Source of the DNA: Corallochytrium limacisporum Hawaii
Lineage: Eukaryota; Protista; Pluriformea
Assembly: GCA_002811645.1 (NCBI GenBank)
Contig: PDIP01000006.1
Location: 1 to 64,000 of the forward strand
Length of the DNA: 64,000 nt
Reading direction: 5' to 3'
This document shows positions 62,201-64,000 of this stretch, piece by piece. The notes beneath the pieces were generated by a model. The model saw only the letters and a list, made by a program, of their open reading frames with translations. It had not been told where the DNA came from and made no database searches. How positions within the stretch are numbered: the first letter of the stretch is position 1; the number at the start of each line of letters is the position of its first letter. The translations under genes and the position numbers were made by a program.

Positions 62201-63369
62201 TCGTATAGAAACTGCAGTTCCGGTTGGATTCCCGCCATATTCAGTCTTCGATCCCCGTCGATACTACATCTCTGTATCAGTCGAGCCTTGAACTGTGCAA
62301 GGATCGCAACCCGATCCAAGTTCTCAGCGATCTTGTCTTGCAGAATTTCTGTCACTTGCGGTAGAGCAAGGTCGTTGATCCATGCTTTCACAATTTGATA
62401 AAGGTCACACACTGTTGCCACTGGTATGCGCAAGCCACTTTCACCATCGGACGGAGCACCAAAGATTGCGGTGGGAATAGCCAGGTATGATGGAAAGTCT
62501 CCAAGAGACACAGTCGCTGCCAACGGTTTGGTTGACACCGGCCCTCTCAGACATGTCATGTGGCGCATCGTGGCAAAGGTGTCAACCCGGTGTGCATACT
62601 CTAGGACGGCTTGAACTAACGGCATCGCAAAATCGTTCATACTTCGATCTCGTAGCTGGGTTTGCCCTTTCGACACAATGTGTGACATACGCAGTTCGAA
62701 CCTTTTCATCTGAATCTGCGCCTTGAGGGCTTTAAGTTGTACGAGGTCCTCGTTTTCAAATCCGCGAGTCTCATACAGCACATATAAAAGATCCCGAAGC
62801 CTGCGCAAGCTATCAACTTCCTGTTTCTTCGCAGAAGCTGCAGACGCAGCCGCAGCCGCGGCCACAACGCCCATCAGCTTAGGCAGTTTCATGGTTGAGT
62901 CGCCTTTGCTATCATCTCTGTCAGTAACAACCTCATTGCTCCTTGTTGGTTTTACAGGAGATGGCGTTCTCCGCATGATGTTCTCTGAATCAGAAGCCAT
63001 CCGCCTGTGCCTTCGGTTTGGACTCTTGTCCAGTCGGGAAATCCGTGGGTGCTGCGCAGATCCACGTTGTCCCATATTTCCGACCCTCATCCAAGACAGC
63101 ATTCCTGAATTTTGCTTTGCTTTCTTGGCTTCATGCAACTCCTCCATGATGTTGAAAGATTTTGCACCCTTAAACGCGCCCTTTCGCAGAACATGCGTCG
63201 AAGATGATACTGGTGTCTCTGCTTCAGGAACGCTACTTGCCGACGAGACTCGAATCTCCATACTTGCAGAACCGTATGGCGAGCCAGGCGAGGCCAGCCC
63301 TCCAAAGCTTCCTGCATTATAGCTCGTGCGGGAGCGCCGATGCGTCACCGGGCTTGACGGCTGTGACAT
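59236..63369 (-). CDS. Munc13/Unc13-like protein (C2-like domain + MUN/MHD1-MHD2)
   Basis: C2-like LRLEIW...GYLGTVTIDL; MHD1 WFLPIVFNWV...WVDMAWEAD...HTSSVIDVFT...LNN; MHD2 ILRKVWD...LYASGHGL...LYYASTTEII. Confidence 0.8.
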   Translation of the reverse strand: MSQPSSPVTHRRSRTSYNAGSFGGLASPGSPYGSASMEIRVSSASSVPEAETPVSSSTHVLRKGAFKGAKSFNIMEELHEAKKAKQNSGMLSWMRVGNMGQRGSAQHPRISRLDKSPNRRHRRMASDSENIMRRTPSPVKPTRSNEVVTDRDDSKGDSTMKLPKLMGVVAAAAAASAASAKKQEVDSLRRLRDLLYVLYETRGFENEDLVQLKALKAQIQMKRFELRMSHIVSKGQTQLRDRSMNDFAMPLVQAVLEYAHRVDTFATMRHMTCLRGPVSTKPLAATVSLGDFPSYLAIPTAIFGAPSDGESGLRIPVATVCDLYQIVKAWINDLALPQVTEILQDKIAENLDRVAILAQFKARLIQRCSIDGDRRLNMAGIQPELQFLYEQIISVVRSHVSRGQDHDADSELWDWALSSLLTVEKQLLDRLCKEPLCSDNGNRHLRRERSSTWDSPVNRKVIGGSCMAHDDSVYRGYVSWMVDPSFSVTKQSCWTFIADICNLDEEDFRRMHAYQNQLWPDSLKMLQTRQLRENRGVKVDHEDDQDVRVGFQGRVRVYVEGAEPHTNGVVQAKCKDGHKNTRAIEIACPYPCRRLRLEIWTAPLTISQPLDTTSNRTLLHHDLDGYLGTVTIDLMTAWKAENHTVTEDYDVVLAKGDRVTLPMTVALERSEFNQVNSKLLYGLQSSDFIGLYDAMVRTVFNNFEKNCRCKAVQVATGQHIMRTAGQIHDIDTMYADLATTKAVMRALDSSADNELPIVVRVVEGILENFVRYSRDDECAATFPRILQEMSSLMRSIARDLAVLIGRYKFVFDQEKELFLLKRTLHLVRRIEEHVPSQTQNMDKIILECIRRGQRLRFQISLKDVFRQRALSTSNRSKLALEVIRMVRIVDRMSHELSEDLDVYAAIMPDGFINTTAEAYFYEAGKELDKVFKDLPLEVSPELFDLYFKLRDFQRFVEKRCTPAVYQLMEKRLPMVEWFLPIVFNWVKITEDKMFEWVDMAWEADCCLPVSAENPHTSSVIDVFTSIEQNVAFLNDLGWPERRTLIMFGTAFLQLAANVIARYADTLKQAVELQLSESCGPIDGHPPPESRSDNCSIPKDVCALLNNFYTMWRRFQGYKDVFGQADAQAIGEVIRTSSMEVDGLCERACAATGKVLQRHVRFYILDVLAASEAASGKKTKWWQFKSNNNNEHGDSKKEPSVHNVIAQFLNGGPEIPENDMLDVIRPMADDLAKHLQEIKEQTYHDIYLRILRKVWDEHVFDITAVILPFSNVGKSRNLRPYAAAAKPLARRELQFVHLSLTMMRDVLYASGHGLPLSAMDHEETRQLHTAVTLYYASTTEIIRKFQSEEIKFLLDLLSLRSASGDQEARSFLASRVGQ

Positions 63370-64000
63370 TTTGAGTCAGTCCTGTAGTGTTCCGTTATCT
63401 ACATGGTTTTGTGTAGGACGCTCAAAAGAATGGATCGCTTGCTTTATTTTCATGGCTGCGTCCGAATCTAGCAGTCCAGCGGTACGAATGTGGAATCGCA
63501 CTATAGTCTGCTCTTCAACTAGCATACCATCCCATGCACACGACCGATCACGAAAGATGCCACCAGCTTCTTCAGACCACCCGGCGTCCGTACGGCAGGA
63601 TCGTATCGTCATTTGTTACCGTCACCCAGTGTTTTTTCTCTGCTTGGTTTGATTGAGACCCTCGTCTTTTTTCCTCCCCCTGGTGCACCTTCTCATGGAC
63701 AAGCCCCAACCCCGCTTTCCCGAAAGACACACCCCCTATGGAATTTGAGTGATATGAATCCAGGAACGGGGTGATTTGGAAATCAATAGGGACCAGATAC
63801 CGGTTCCCGGCCTTACTTTTGTTGTCGAGATTTGTGGTACGCGGCCAAGCCGTTACGGCTAGTTGCAAAAGCCATAGATTGCGAGCGCGCACGCACAGAC
63901 CCTTCTGGTTGCGCCTTTCAAAGGCTCGGGGTTAGGGGTTGATCCGCGCGCTTTGTTGGGGGGGGGGTTCACGGCACGGACACCGGCCCGATACACAATG

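Noticed and set aside
63929-63941. Telomere-like GGGTTAGGGGTTG
   Set aside because: Single unit within a G-rich promoter-like region, not an array

Overview
Gene-dense, apparently intronless eukaryotic DNA with about 26 single-ORF genes. The gene content (GIT ArfGAP, GRIPAP1-like, p38/Hog1 MAPK, Munc13-like, Mid1/NALF, TMEM55-like, CFAP144, PPN1, DPH6-RidA fusion) points to a unicellular opisthokont, probably an intron-poor holozoan such as a Corallochytrium-like organism (inference). The standout is a ~6.5 kb element (40583-47073) inserted into the T-loop of an intron-containing tRNA-Tyr(GUA) gene. It is bounded by ~195-bp direct repeats that begin in the T arm and restore the tRNA. It encodes one ~1870-aa protein with two tandem tyrosine-recombinase-like domains plus Zn-binding motifs. 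This resembles a prokaryotic tRNA-targeting integrative island, but in a eukaryote. Secondary observations: altered or reduced spliceosomal proteins (Prp5 motif variants, short Snu66/SART1), a candidate Sld3/Treslin with E2F/CHR/MCB-like promoter motifs, a CaaX-ended ankyrin kinase, and an orphan class I glutamine amidotransferase. All family calls come from motif recognition by eye; no searches were run.
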